Shown: one piece after another, positions 12,992 to 25,097 of the stretch | How positions within the stretch are numbered: the stretch's first letter is position 1 | Layout of the letters: each line of letters starts with the position of its first letter | Assembly (NCBI GenBank): GCA_030704615.1 | Contig: CM060733.1 | Span: forward strand, 38,750,001 to 38,814,000 | Reading direction: 5' to 3' | From: Takakia lepidozioides | Lineage: Eukaryota; Plantae; Bryophyta | DNA: 64,000 nt | The notes under the pieces: model-generated | What the model was told of the DNA's origin: nothing | Seen by the model: only the letters and a program-made list of their open reading frames with translations | Databases searched by the model: none | Program-made: the position numbers and the translations under genes

Positions 12992-15900
12992 TCACTCGAA
13001 GACAGGCATTGGGGGACGCGGCTTCGGGCGCCCCTGCATCGAACGAATTTCCCGGACTTCCTCCTCTTCATCTTCCTCCTCTCCTTCCACGTCCTCTTCT
13101 GCGTTTTTGGGATCCTCAGTCGGAGGCAAACGCTGAAGGCCCGCCAAATTGTAATCGTACAAGGCCGTATCCCCCTCAAATGAGAACACTAATCGGTTCG
13201 ACATCCTTCCCGCCCACATACAGGCACCTGCGAATTCATACGACACAACCACAGCCAAACTCAAGAATGAGTCGCTTCCTCGCACAAGCAAACATACAGA
13301 AACGGAAATGGTGTCAATTTCGGTGCCGCATTCAATTAACGTTCTCACCTGTATTTGCACTGACGTCAAGGACCTTGCCTTCAACATCCGTACACGTTTC
13401 CATGAGCGTCTGGATGAATGCAGGACTCCTGGTCCTGCCATACCTCCATGGCTTGCCCGACAAATCACAAAGAATGTCCTTCTCTCCCACATGGTTGAAC
13501 AGGACGTTATACTCCAGTGGATCAACTGTGGAATCAACAAGTCTTCCTGCTTCACGTAATTTGAATTTCGAATGTTCCTTCACGAAGCAAAATGCCTGAA
13601 AGATAAGAGTCTGCAGAGAAGGAAATGAAAACGTCAGAGGTGGCCTACATGTACAGGGGCAATTTCGGCCCAGAAATTGACATAGCAGAGGAGAACCACA
13701 GCATACCTTCTGGCCATCGTTGAGAAGACCTGCGTGTTGATGCAAGTCCAGATCTTTTTCAGGATGGGTGCTGCACTTCTCCCCGTCCATACTTTGATAT
13801 CATTCTCAGTGACTTCTCCATCGGCTGCTAGCACAACAACACAGCCAACGTCGTCCAACATGTTGGCTGCGAACCCGAATGTGTGGCTCCAGTATCTTTC
13901 GTCGTACTTGTTCCACCAGGGAACTGAGCCCAGCCCCAGTATCTCCTGCCCATCCGGGATATCCACAAGGATCATGTCGATGGAGGCTTTCACCGCCCTG
14001 CCCCCGACTGTGCTCTTTTTGCCGTGGCTCATCGCCACAAAATACTCCATCATCTTTGTGTAGCCAGGAGTGTCCTCCATATCATTGCCAGTGGCCTTCC
14101 TCTTCCCCTTCCCCTGGTGGGCCTCGATCGCCTTCCTCAATCTCGTTATCTCCAGCCTTCTGGTCAGAGCAGTTAGGAAATTTTCATTAACACACTCCAC
14201 AATTGTGGGTGTTTTGAGGACTTCCCTGCCCGCAATGTGCACCGCACGGTAGGGTCTGCCAGGTGCATCCTCGTATAGTGATCTCTTCGCAGCCGACCCC
14301 CCGGAGCGCTGGCCCTTGTGAATTTTCGGACGAGGTGTGGCCCCCTGGGTGTTTTCCTGCTGGAAATCGTCGTCGGAATCCTCCTCATCTGGCTGACTGT
14401 GTTGCTGCTTCTTCTTCTTGGGTGTGGGGGTCTTCGTCTCTTGCCCCTGTTTGCGCGTTCTTTTCTTCCTGTCCTTGGGCTGCTCAGCTGCCTGCTTCTC
14501 CATCTGCTCCTTCGCCAACGCTGCCGCCTTGGCTGACTTTCTCAGTGCTTTCTGCTTGGCTGCCTCCTCTGCTTTCAGTCTTTCCGCGTCCTCTGGTTGG
14601 GGATCCGATTGCGCCTTCATAGCCCTGGCATTCGCTTCCTTCTTCAAGTTAACCTCCGAGAGGTCAACGGTCCCACTTGGGAGATCCACATACCAGGGGC
14701 AGTCTACCAAATGCTCGGCATGCCACTCCTTCGCCATTACTTCTGTGTACATCGTTCCACGACCTCCAGGTGTCCTCCACGCCAGGAAGAATGGTGGAAC
14801 CCTTTGAATGGCTCCGGACGGAATGAGTGCAAAGTTTATGTACCTGCAATCACGAGGCAGTTCAACAAAAATCATTCTACCGATGCATCATGCAAGTGGA
14901 AGTTGTCAATGCACAAGGTATTTCGGCACCGAAATACGGAGTGGACCGTGCCCCAATTACCCAGAACTCACATCTTGCAGAGGTATATTTCGGCGCCGCA
15001 ATATCCATCGCTGCTTAACCAAATCATCTAAACTGCAAATAGGGGGATGCATTGTCAGCAGATTACCTGAACAGGACACGCATTGCCGCTTTGTCGGCAC
15101 CCTCCTGCTCTTCGATGTATACGCTGCGTCTTGCCTTTGCAATTTCTCTGAAAAAGAGGTTTGCGAAGCGCCCTCGCCACGACTGCACGTAGTTCTCCAT
15201 TGTCTCAGGCTTCGTCCAGTCGATCTGTAACTTGAAAGTGGTGGTGTTGCAGTCCAATTGCTCCTGGGCGTGGGTCAGTACCTGCATCATGGCAGGTTTC
15301 CAAAACATTCATGATTTTGAAATTGCGACGATGTCCAACACAGAATAGGAGAAAATTATACCTGATGCCACCAAGTCATGACATTGAGCCAGTCGTTCAT
15401 TTTGTCGTCTGTTGGCTCGATGGGAAAGTGGTACAGCAGCTTCGTGTTTGTATGGCCGTTCCAGATTCGCAGCCACCTCGTCTGCAGCCACCTCACATCG
15501 GTCAGACAAGAACTCCAACATAAGAATCGCGAGAAGTCACAAAACAAGAATAAACACATGCTTACCTTCTCCGCCGGCTCAACACAGGACACTGCGATGT
15601 GATGAAGTTTCTCCATGGACATTTCCGGTTTCATGGGTCTGGAGTAATGCAGTCCTATCTCCGCCAGGAACTCGGCACCAAGACCAGGGTCAGCGATTGC
15701 AACTTGCTTAACAAGTTTGGACCTGTACTTGGTCCGGGATTGCTTCCCTGCCTGCACAATATGACTCTCTATCGACGCGTCCGCCTTGTTGGGGGCATCA
15801 TTCTCAAAGAACTGCCTTTTGGCATAGGCCAAGTCATCCCTGATGTTCGTCTGCATTCCCATACCCAGCAGATACAGTCAGGCCACGGATCCCTGCAACA

Positions 15901-17288
15901 AATAACATTAAATTGATACTGAAATTTGAGATGAACCTCACCGAATAGAGGATCTCCACCATGGCGTCCAGTGTTGGTCGGTACCAGGTGCGATCTGCTT
16001 TCGCTAGGGACTTCCTGTACAGCTCGGGATCGAGGGACTTTTGGAAGTCCGTCAGCGGAGCTGTCCCCACTTCTTGCACTCTGTAGAGCGTATGTGCCAG
16101 ATGAGTTTCCACGAAGGCCCTCTCTGTTACCCTGCCATGGAGAAAAAAAACAACATGAAAATATGATTTCGGCACAGCAATCCAATTTCCAGTTCATAGA
16201 GTGCATGACAGTGGTGAACATTGCCTATTTCGGCGCCGCAATAGGCAGTACACAAGGATGTAATTGTATACTTACAGATTTATATCCGCCATGGCACCCT
16301 TCAACAGTCCTCTGTCCCTGACGTCCACCTTCACGACAATGCAGTCCACCATGTAATGCCAACTGATATCTTGCGGATGCATTTCAGCAATGTACTCTGT
16401 CCAGGCAAGCATCCTGTGGTTCCCGTCCCAAACGAAGAACATCTTCCCTTCCATGTGTGCGAATGTGGGATTAGTCTTCAGATAGGCTTCAAACTCGGCA
16501 TTAACAGTGTGCCAGTGGGGGCCCCAATTCTGAAGCTCCTCTGCAGTGGGGCCCCTTGTGACACCCTGGTCATTCTCAATGGAAACGTAGAATGCTGCCG
16601 ACCCCCGTCTGTACCCTTCTCTGAAGTTGTGCTTCAGTCGATCGATATCCCCTGGCAGTGCTTGCCTTACAACTGGAAGGCTTACCATGCGACACAAAGG
16701 AACTTTGAGGTTCTCCGGATACACCATGGAGCCCAAAACGCGGCCTATGTTGCTATGAGTCTCTGCCAGCAACCTGTTTGCTGCTATGTTCATGTCTCGT
16801 GCGCTCATGAGCATACCCGCCACCAGTTTCTTACTTGTATCACCTCTGTCACTTCCCTCACCCCTCTCACCAGCCTGTGTACTGTCCTGGAGGTTTTGCT
16901 CCTCCGCAAGCTCCAGCAGGTTCTGATCGTCGCCAAGTCGTACCACGTTATCGTCCTCTCCTTCTGTCAGTTGAATGGGCCGCCCTTCTGCAGATCCGAC
17001 TCCCACATCTCCAGCGGCCTCCACCGCATCTGTGTTTTCTGAAATTGACTGCAAACCCAATATCTCCGCTTCCAGTCTCCCTAGGGGTTTTACTGGCGAA
17101 GCCATGGGCTCCTTCTGCTTTCTCGGCTTCCGAACTCTAGGTGGGCTTTTCGGAGGCGATATCTGAGGTGTTGAATGAGGACTCGTCTGCCTCGATGCAC
17201 TTCCACCTTGTGAGCGCAGCACCCGGGCAGGAGTATCCAAAGTTGACTGTGTTGCCTCGCCCCCCTGCGATCCCTCCCCAGCTCCCAT
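12992..17288 (-). CDS. ParB/Srx-like domain + helical region + beta-class N6-adenine/N4-cytosine methyltransferase-like domain, copy 3 (near-intact; one apparent 1-bp frameshift at ~13730)
   Basis: Predicted exons 17288-16276, 16131-15942, 15850-15566, 15481-15362, 15281-15067, 14843-13707, 13610-13349, 13227-12992. All introns are GT-AG and conserved with copy 1. Motifs: FFVWDGNHRMLAW; motif IV-like SIDMILVDIPDG; motif X/I/II SPAFIQTLMETC..VLDVSANTG|ACMWAGRMSNRLVFSFEGD. Confidence 0.8.
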
Positions 17289-17798
17289 GTCAAACAAACA
17301 GGAAAACATGAGACACTGCACGCCAAAAAAAAGGTGTAAAAGGAATATTGCGTATGGAGTGCTTCACATCCGCGAAGCACGAATCTCTCACTGGTGGGCG
17401 ATCCGAGTCTCCGGATAACGAGGTCTGCATTTCATGCATGAGACGGAGCTTAAGTCGTGTCGTCGGCGGCTTCCCAAAATCCCGCGTCCTCCTCTTTGCC
17501 GGAGTCGCCTGACCTTCCACAAACTCTATGCTACCACTATGCCGCATAAGGAGAGGAAACGCAGGAGAATGTCACTGCAGAAGGGCAAGGAGCGAGAGAG
17601 CGAAGCGGTGGAACATGCAACCACTATGCACGAGCAGATGCGTAAGCAGCCACGTCTCCCGAAGCGTTGCCACCGTCCACCACTTTCTGCCGTATGGGTG
17701 ATGAAGAGATTGTGACCCCTGACACGTTCGCACGGATGAAGTCGACTGGAACACGACGCGTGCCAGTTCCAGCCACCAGTGTAAGACGGTTTATCCGA

Positions 17799-19482
17799 AT
17801 TGCGGCACCGAAATACCTTCCGTTCACCGGATGCTGTTCCCGGAGCAGCCGGCATTGAATGAAATATCCGCACATCATGAAACCCAACCGCCATGAAAAT
17901 CCCCTGCATATGACATTCAACAGTCAGGTCGGTACGTTTCATCAGCGGACGGATGAATTTCGGCGCCGAAATTCATCCTATTCAAGTGCTTTCATACACA
18001 AACTTACAAATTTCGGCGCCGCAATTCATCGCTTCCCAAGTCCTCATTCGTCATGAGCAAACCTGTCAGTGGGATATCGGAGCCGGAATTAATTCCGGGA
18101 CAACGGAAACGGCTGCACTTGGGCACATTTCATCCATATTTCGGCGCCGAAATTCATTACGAATATCTCCGTCCGCGCGTAGACGAGGTGAAATCATCCA
18201 TATTTCGGCGCCGAAATTCATCCAGAGCGAAGACTAAATCGGCACCATGCTATGCTTTGCCGCCATCATTGCCCCTGACGGATGCTGTCCATGCCTGTTG
18301 GACTTGCCATTTGTGGACATTTAACTATAATTTCGGCGCCGAAATTATACTTTATGTGCGGCAACGTCCCGTGCGAAAAAGACCACTTAATGGATACTGT
18401 CGGTTTCAAATGAAAAAAAACGGCTAAAATGCAATTAATTTTGACAGAAGTGGTTTAATATGCCGATTTCTCCATTAAATGCAGAATATTCCTGTTATAT
18501 TCGTCGGAACGGGGTATTTCCAACGATTTACGGAAAATTATCATCCAAAAGCAAAAAGTAAGTGCCGGGTTTGGACGAATTTCGGCGCCGAAATTCATCC
18601 GTCGCATAGAAAATGTAATATTAGAGTTACTCATTGCGGACAGTAAGGATGAATTTCGGCGCCGAAATTGATCCATTTCAAAGAAAAATAAATATTGGAG
18701 GGAGGGCATTGGATGAATTTCGGCGCCGAAATCCGGCGCTCAAACCCTGAAAAGAATTGGAGGGATGAAGTCGGCTGAATTTCGGCGCCGAAATTCATTG
18801 CTCGCGAAGAAAAAAAAATTTTCGGGAGGACTTCGGATGAATTTCGGCGCCGAAATTCAATGCTCGCGAAGAAAAAAAAAAATCGGGAGGATTTTGGTTG
18901 AATTTCGGCGCCGAAATTCATTGCTCGCGAAGAAAAAGGAAAATTAAAAGGGAGTACTTGGATGAGATTCGGCGCCAAAGTTCATCTGTCGCAAAGAAAA
19001 ATAAAAACAGAAAGGACTTCCGATGAATTCTGGCACCGAAATCCATCCGCAGGGCAGCAGAATTAGGGTCGGAAAAGGAGATGAAGAATGAATTTCGGCG
19101 CCGAAATACATCCATTCTGCCGAATCAGGATTACTGTCATTCGGAAGTCGGCACCGATATCCGGACACGTGGTGAATCACGACTGTAATCAGGAACACAT
19201 TCATCCGTATTTTGGCATCTAAATTCAACCCATATGTGCAGATACAATTTAATGAAGAAGAAGTTCATCCGAATTTCGGCACCGAAATCCATCCGTTGGG
19301 TGCTTGGTCAGTTTAATGAGGTAAACAAATTACGATTTCTGTTGCCAGAATTCATCCCTTGGCTTCCAAAGCTGTTACATGACAGAGATGTTCATCCAGA
19401 TTTCGGTGCCGAAATTCATGGGAAGGCCTGATTTATTGTACCCCAAGTGGTTGTACATTACAATTCAGGCACCAAATATCCG
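17799..19482. promoter_or_regulatory. Intergenic array of ~20 copies of the palindrome GAATTTCGGCGCCGAAATTC between the divergent ParB-MTase and transposase genes
   Basis: Copies at ~17954, 18009, 18137, 18201, 18329, 18577, 18651, 18715, 18777, 18839, 18900, 18963, 19025, 19090, 19208, 19271, 19334, 19399, 19462. Often extended to GGATGAAT...ATTCATCC. A regulatory role is inferred. Confidence 0.85.
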
Positions 19483-19666
19483 ATGTGAACTTGCTGTTTT
19501 CGTCCGTTTTTTAACGTACGTTACACACCTTCATCTTTACGTGCACTGATCACCCATCCTGTTGGATACGGAATCCTCCAGAAAATCATTTGTGTTATTA
19601 GGTAGGACACACTCTTCTCATTGCAGGACTTCGCTGCGGAGCGTACCGAGAGGTCCCGTCTTCAAA

Positions 19667-22600
19667 ATGGACTCCCGTGTTTGGGTCAACGTGTACTTCC
19701 ATCCTGATTCTCTGAAAGCTAAAATACCCTGCGACCAAGGATTTGCGATTGTCACTGAGCAGTACTTGTGTGTGAAGTTCGGGCTCCGCCCTGGAACGGT
19801 GTTTTTGGAAGAGGAGACGAAGGATGCTTATGGAAATTTTCTGGAAAGTGCCGTCATTCTGCATGCAGATTTCGGAAAAGGCAAAGAGTGGCGGCTCCCA
19901 GCTTCTGAATCCATCCGGTACAGTGCCATTGGTGAAATCGTGCCTAAAGAGTTCCCACGCTGGAACTTGGTTGATCCTCCTTCCACAAGAGGGTCTGGCG
20001 TGCAAGATGTGAAGGATGTGGGCACCTCTTCACAAGCAGAGAAGCCCAAACATGTGAAAAGGGAAATCCAGGAAAACAGGGAAACAGTCGTCCACGACTT
20101 ATCCAGTGACGATGAAGACTGTATGGTCCTTCCATCGTATGTTTCGAAGTCGTCCGTCACTAGGAGTGTTCAGCATACACCGTCCGACTCAACTTCCGTC
20201 CGCTCAGTAATCGACATATTGCGGAGGATGAAGACAACGGGTTCCCGCTCCAGTGACCTTCTTAGGCTTGATTACGACAAAACTCCAATCCATTCTGTGG
20301 AAACTTTGCCTGATGTTGTGGATGGGAATGCTATCTACGAGTTCCCTCCAGTGCCGGCAGGCGCAGGCCCAGACGGCATGCTCGCAGGAATGAACAGGAA
20401 ACATGACGGCCACCCTTGGTGTGTCACCAAAACTTCATCGTCCAACCTGGGTGATGGAGTTCGAGTGAGATATGTATTGTGTGCTGGGCATCTTAAATGT
20501 TTCTCGAGCACATGTTACCATTACACTAGCAAAGGCACCAGGAATGAGACTGACTGGATTGGCAATTCGTCGACCCCATTTTGGCCTCAAGGTAGAGTTC
20601 CTGCAGGGACGTTCAAGTGTGCCCATTGCAACGCAGCCCCTACGTGCATGGCAGTGTGCAACGCCAAGCAGTACTACGTCGGGACCGTCGGCCCAGCGTG
20701 CACCAGAGCATGCATTCACATCGGAAAGCATGAGCACCCCCTCGCCAGAGGCAATTGCAGAGTCGCTTTTCAACAAGCCCAGGATATTATCAAGGAGGAG
20801 GTGAGGTTGAGGCCGGGTGCAAAACCAAAGCAGATACAGCTCGCATCGGCACATAGGATTGCAATTGGCAGAATAATGTCGGAGGACGGAAGCACAAGAG
20901 AGAAGCTGGGCGAGGGGGACATGAAGGACCTGCTGGAAGCTGTCTCCCATGTGTGCAGCCCCAATGTCAGGAACCACATTGTCAGCTGCAAGAAACGAAT
21001 CGGAAGAGGATCAGACATGCACTCCATCTTGGAAGTGAAGCGCACATGCGGCTACGACTTCATCCAAGGCAGCTTCTTTCCTGGTCAAGGCTCGGAGACG
21101 GACAGGTGCTTCATATTTAAGATGTCAACGTGCGGACCGGGGAGCGGCGTCGATTTGGTGAAGCGGATGACCAGTGGAGACCTTTCAAATTGTTGGGTCA
21201 TGTTCGACCACATCCGGCGAATTACCAACCACGATTGGGTGACAATGGGGGCACATGTATACGACCCACATTGCAGAAAGTTGATGACCATTGCTATCTG
21301 CGAAATGAAGGGAGAAGACACAGATTCGGAGTTGCATATGTGGCGCGGAATTAATGAGCAAATGGCGAGAGCCAAGTTGCCCCCTCCCGATTTTAGGGGC
21401 TTCATGGCTGACAATGCCCAGGCAAACTGGGCTGCAGTTAGGAGGGTATATGGGGACGACCCAAAGACTCCAATGGAAGGAAAGGAGAGATCTTGCGGGT
21501 TCCACTTCATGCAGAGTTTGACGCAAAACACGAAAAGGTTCGTGGCGTCACGCCACCGGCAGGATCATATCAGTATGTGCCTAGCGTGGAAAAATGCGAA
21601 TTCCATCGACGAGGCGGAGACCGAGTTTGCAACCATACGCGCCTGGTGGGTGTCTTCAGGGGCAGTGGATGTGAAAGATCAGCCAGAACTGCAAACGTGG
21701 CTTGCGTGGTGGCATTATAGATTCCGCCAGTTTGGAGACTACATGAGACAGGTAACACATTTCTGTACTTGACAATTGTTCTGTTTTGTGCTTGGACATT
21801 CTCCACAATCAGTGACATATCTAATTTCCTTCAACAGGACATGAGCTTGGAGGATGACACGGATATGCCGACGACGAACATGGCCGAATCGGTGCACTCT
21901 TCCTGGCGTGCTTCCTCTGCAGCACATCTCGTTGACATGTTGACAGCAACAACAGAAGATATTGTGAGGGCCATCATGCAACAATCTCATTACTACCAGT
22001 TTCTGGGAGGAAAGCAATGGGGTATCGGACCAGACAGGCAGGAGATGCTGATGAGGGCGGCGCATCGTTCGACCGATCCCAAAAAATGGACTGCTGCATT
22101 GCGGGAAACAATAAGGTCAACGCCGTTACACAGTCGGGGGAACTGCCTGGAGGGCGATGTCCGCAGCCGGCCGGTGAAGAGAAGAATTGAGGACATGCCC
22201 GGAGGGGATGGGGATTCATGGAGATCAGATATGAACATCCGCACTCAACCTCGGGGCGCAACGATGTTGCGTCCCACGCCTCCACGAAGCAGGACTCGTA
22301 CCCCCTCTCCTGCAGCATCCATGGAATCGCTGCCAGACTCGGGACAACATGCCGAGGATGGGCATGTTGCTCCTGTTTTCGTTACCCAATACAACATTCC
22401 AATCGTGGAGCGAGATGTGTCGGCCTCGCAGTGGAGAATTGCACGGACCCGTCCGACATTTCGTGGCAAATGTTGTGCTGTTCGTGTCGACACCAACCAG
22501 AGATGCAATGAGATGATTCGGAGGAGCCCGCAGGGCGGTGTGCCTGCCCCTTGCTTCACAGGGAGATTTGTGTGCGCAAAGTTTGTGGAGGCCACACTGA

Positions 22601-23265
22601 AGGAGTTTTGGTTCTGCAGGCACGACATCATGTCGTGTGTGTTCGGCAAGCCCAAGTATGGTGTACAAGGCATGCCTGAACCACCGGCAGTCTGGCCTGT
22701 GGCAAGTGGTACAGATCTTACCCTGGAGGAGGCAGACGCTCTAGGAAGTGCAGGGTTTCGACTGGTGGAGAGGACAGACGTTCCACGAAATCCAATTCCC
22801 AATCGTCATCCTCCTCCCACGAGAAGCTCTTCGCCCCGCATACCGGTGGGTGACCCCGCAGCTTGGCCCACCCATCGGTGGGGGAAACTGAAAAGACGGC
22901 GGCCACCAACAAAGGCGAACGACACCAGGATGGCCAACGCTCTTGCAATGCCCTGCATAGTGCAAGGTTGCAGGGATGTTCCTCACCCCGGGATGGGGCG
23001 CATATTTCAGTTGTCAACAGCCGGGTCTGCTGCGCGCAGTGTCGTGTATGCAATCACGGTTTCACAGTACCCAGCTTGCAACTGTGAGGACTTCCTTGTT
23101 ATGGAATCGAAGAATGCAGCATACGTCCCCTGCAAACACCTTTATTACATTTTTATGAAGCGCATGAGTTGCATATCCGCAGTGGACGTCTTCATCCATG
23201 CTCCAACACTGAGTTTCAACGAGCTGCACAAGGCCCTACGGCAGGATACTGGTCGGACTGCTTGA
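19667..23265 (+). CDS. Mutator-family (MULE) DDE transposase with GCM/WRKY-like zinc domain and C-terminal SWIM finger, ~1170 aa, 2 coding exons (19667-21751, 21838-23265)
   Basis: DGHPW..C.GHL.C..CAHC..C..HIGKHEHP (GCM-like); catalytic D (VMFDH), D (FMADN), CxxH (CGFH), E (TTNMAES); SWIM CNCEDF..PCKHLYY. GT-AG intron keeps the frame; no stops. Confidence 0.92.
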
Positions 23266-23919
23266 CATTCCACATTCGGGAAGGAGAAAGTGGCAATTAT
23301 ATTACATTCATCTTCTTGCACCCTATTTTTTTGTGAGGAATTATACACTTGGTGGTGCCGCATCGCCATGGCTACATGTGAATTTCGGTGCCGCAAATGG
23401 CATGCGCATGCTTTTTTTATTTTGGTTGTCTACAAATGGATCCGAGTAAAGCATACATTGTGTGGAGATTAACGGGCATTGGGCCTATTTCAGCGCCATT
23501 TATGGTCTGTGTACTGCATAGTGCTTCCTTGTTACTGCTCTTCCTTCAATTTGTAGTGATTTCGCAGCCCATCCTGGCGTTTTCGTCCACCTTTATGAGA
23601 AGACTCCAATTTGCTACAAATACATTGTTACTGTTCTGCAAATGTGATGCCTTTACAAGATTGCTAGTTCTGTGTCCCAGTGGGAAGGGTCCTACTGCAC
23701 ATTCCAGCATTTGCATACTGCACCTTGTGCAAACAGCAATCCATACGACAAAGGACACGTCCCAGCATACTGGCAGTGAATTGCAAAAAACCTTAACAGA
23801 AGATTATCGAAGCATGTATATTCCCCATATGGCACAGGGAAGCTGCTTGATTTCTGAATGAAAATGTATGTGCCATGAGTGTCAGCGAGTTGAAACATGT
23901 CTACTCTAGCATGCAAGAC

Positions 23920-24474
23920 CTATGGTCCCCTCGCCCAAGAAGAAGGAACTCGAACTGGCCTCTCAAGGACCTCCTCAGTGACCGGGTGCCTATATTTGAA
24001 CAAAATGTCAGTGGTTTCTGTCGCCCGGTTGAAACTAACGAGGATGTCGTGTTTATCGATAGCGCCCCCTTGGTAGAAGGACATTTTCACAGTGGGCCCT
24101 GTGTTCCCCTCCTCCTCATCCTCATAACTGAAGAGAATGTCCCCACTTTCCGAGCCAGTCCGTCCACGCGTAAAGTTTTCACCTATGCACTCATCATACG
24201 TCCACTCGCAACAATTCCAGCGATACAGCAACGCTGTGCGTGATCTGTTCGGCTCCCACACATGCGGAAAGTCCAGGTCCATGATGCGTAGGAACCACCT
24301 GCTCCCCAGCCGGGGTCCAGGAGAATCGTGCAATCCTGCAAAAAACTCCATTGCTCTCAGCTGGACAAGTCGAGGATCGTCCCTGTAAACATCCAGGAAG
24401 ACAATGATGTCGTCTGCTTTCGGGAAAATGACTCCCGTCTGGCGTCGATAGATGTGATTCGGGCACGACATGGC
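23920..24474 (-). CDS. Hypothetical third ORF of element 3 (~184 aa), convergent with the transposase
   Basis: Open frame MSCPNHIYRR...SSWARGP with globular-looking composition, downstream of the right subterminal array. No recognisable motif. Confidence 0.4.
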   Translation of the reverse strand, partial: AMSCPNHIYRRQTGVIFPKADDIIVFLDVYRDDPRLVQLRAMEFFAGLHDSPGPRLGSRWFLRIMDLDFPHVWEPNRSRTALLYRWNCCEWTYDECIGENFTRGRTGSESGDILFSYEDEEEGNTGPTVKMSFYQGGAIDKHDILVSFNRATETTDILFKYRHPVTEEVLERPVRVPSSWARGP

Positions 24475-24592
24475 CTCACGACACAGCACGAACTCAAAGC
24501 AGGGAGGAGATGGGCACAACAGAGAAGAGTGAAGAGCAAAATGAGAGCAAGGCCTCCCTCACCGTAAGGCGGGTATTTGCTCTCCGACGCCC

Positions 24593-25060
24593 AATTTCGG
24601 CGCCGTTATTACATGGAGTGCGGAAGCTTCAGCCGAGAATTTTGTTTCCGCAGGTCAATTTCGGCGCCGTTATTGGTTGCAATCCCCAGCCTTCAGCCGG
24701 GTATTTGGTTTCCGGACCCAATTTCGGCGCCGTTATCGGCTGCACTCCGGTGGCTTCAGCCGAGTATTTGGTTTCCGGGGCCCATTTCGGCGCCGTTATC
24801 GCCTGCACTCCGGAGGATGCAGCCGGGTATTTGGTTGGCAGAGCCCAATTACTTTCACCGTTGTTGGCTTCACTCCCGAGCCTTCAGCCCGCTATTTCTT
24901 TTCCTGTGCCCAATTACGGCGTCGTTATACCCAACCATCCTGCACTTCTGCAATAGTACTATCCACGGTTATAGGTCGCCATTGCGTTTTCGGAGTCTGC
25001 AAACCCGGATCCTAATTCCGCTTGCGTCTCTGCCTCTGGGATAATTTCGGTGCCGTTATT
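24593..25060. repeat. Right subterminal ~63-64-bp tandem array with AATTTCGGCGCCGTTAT motif
   Basis: Copies at 24593, 24657, 24720, 24783, (24847), 24912 and 25043, each mostly followed by ttcagccg.gtatttggtt. Confidence 0.88.
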
Positions 25061-25097
25061 GCCCAGAATTCAGTTATTCTATGACCTGGCCTGGCGG

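Noticed and set aside
17950-19482. CRISPR-like look of palindromic repeat plus spacer array
   Set aside because: Eukaryotic intron-containing context, no cas genes, several spacers are related to each other, and the same motif is dispersed in introns and subtermini.
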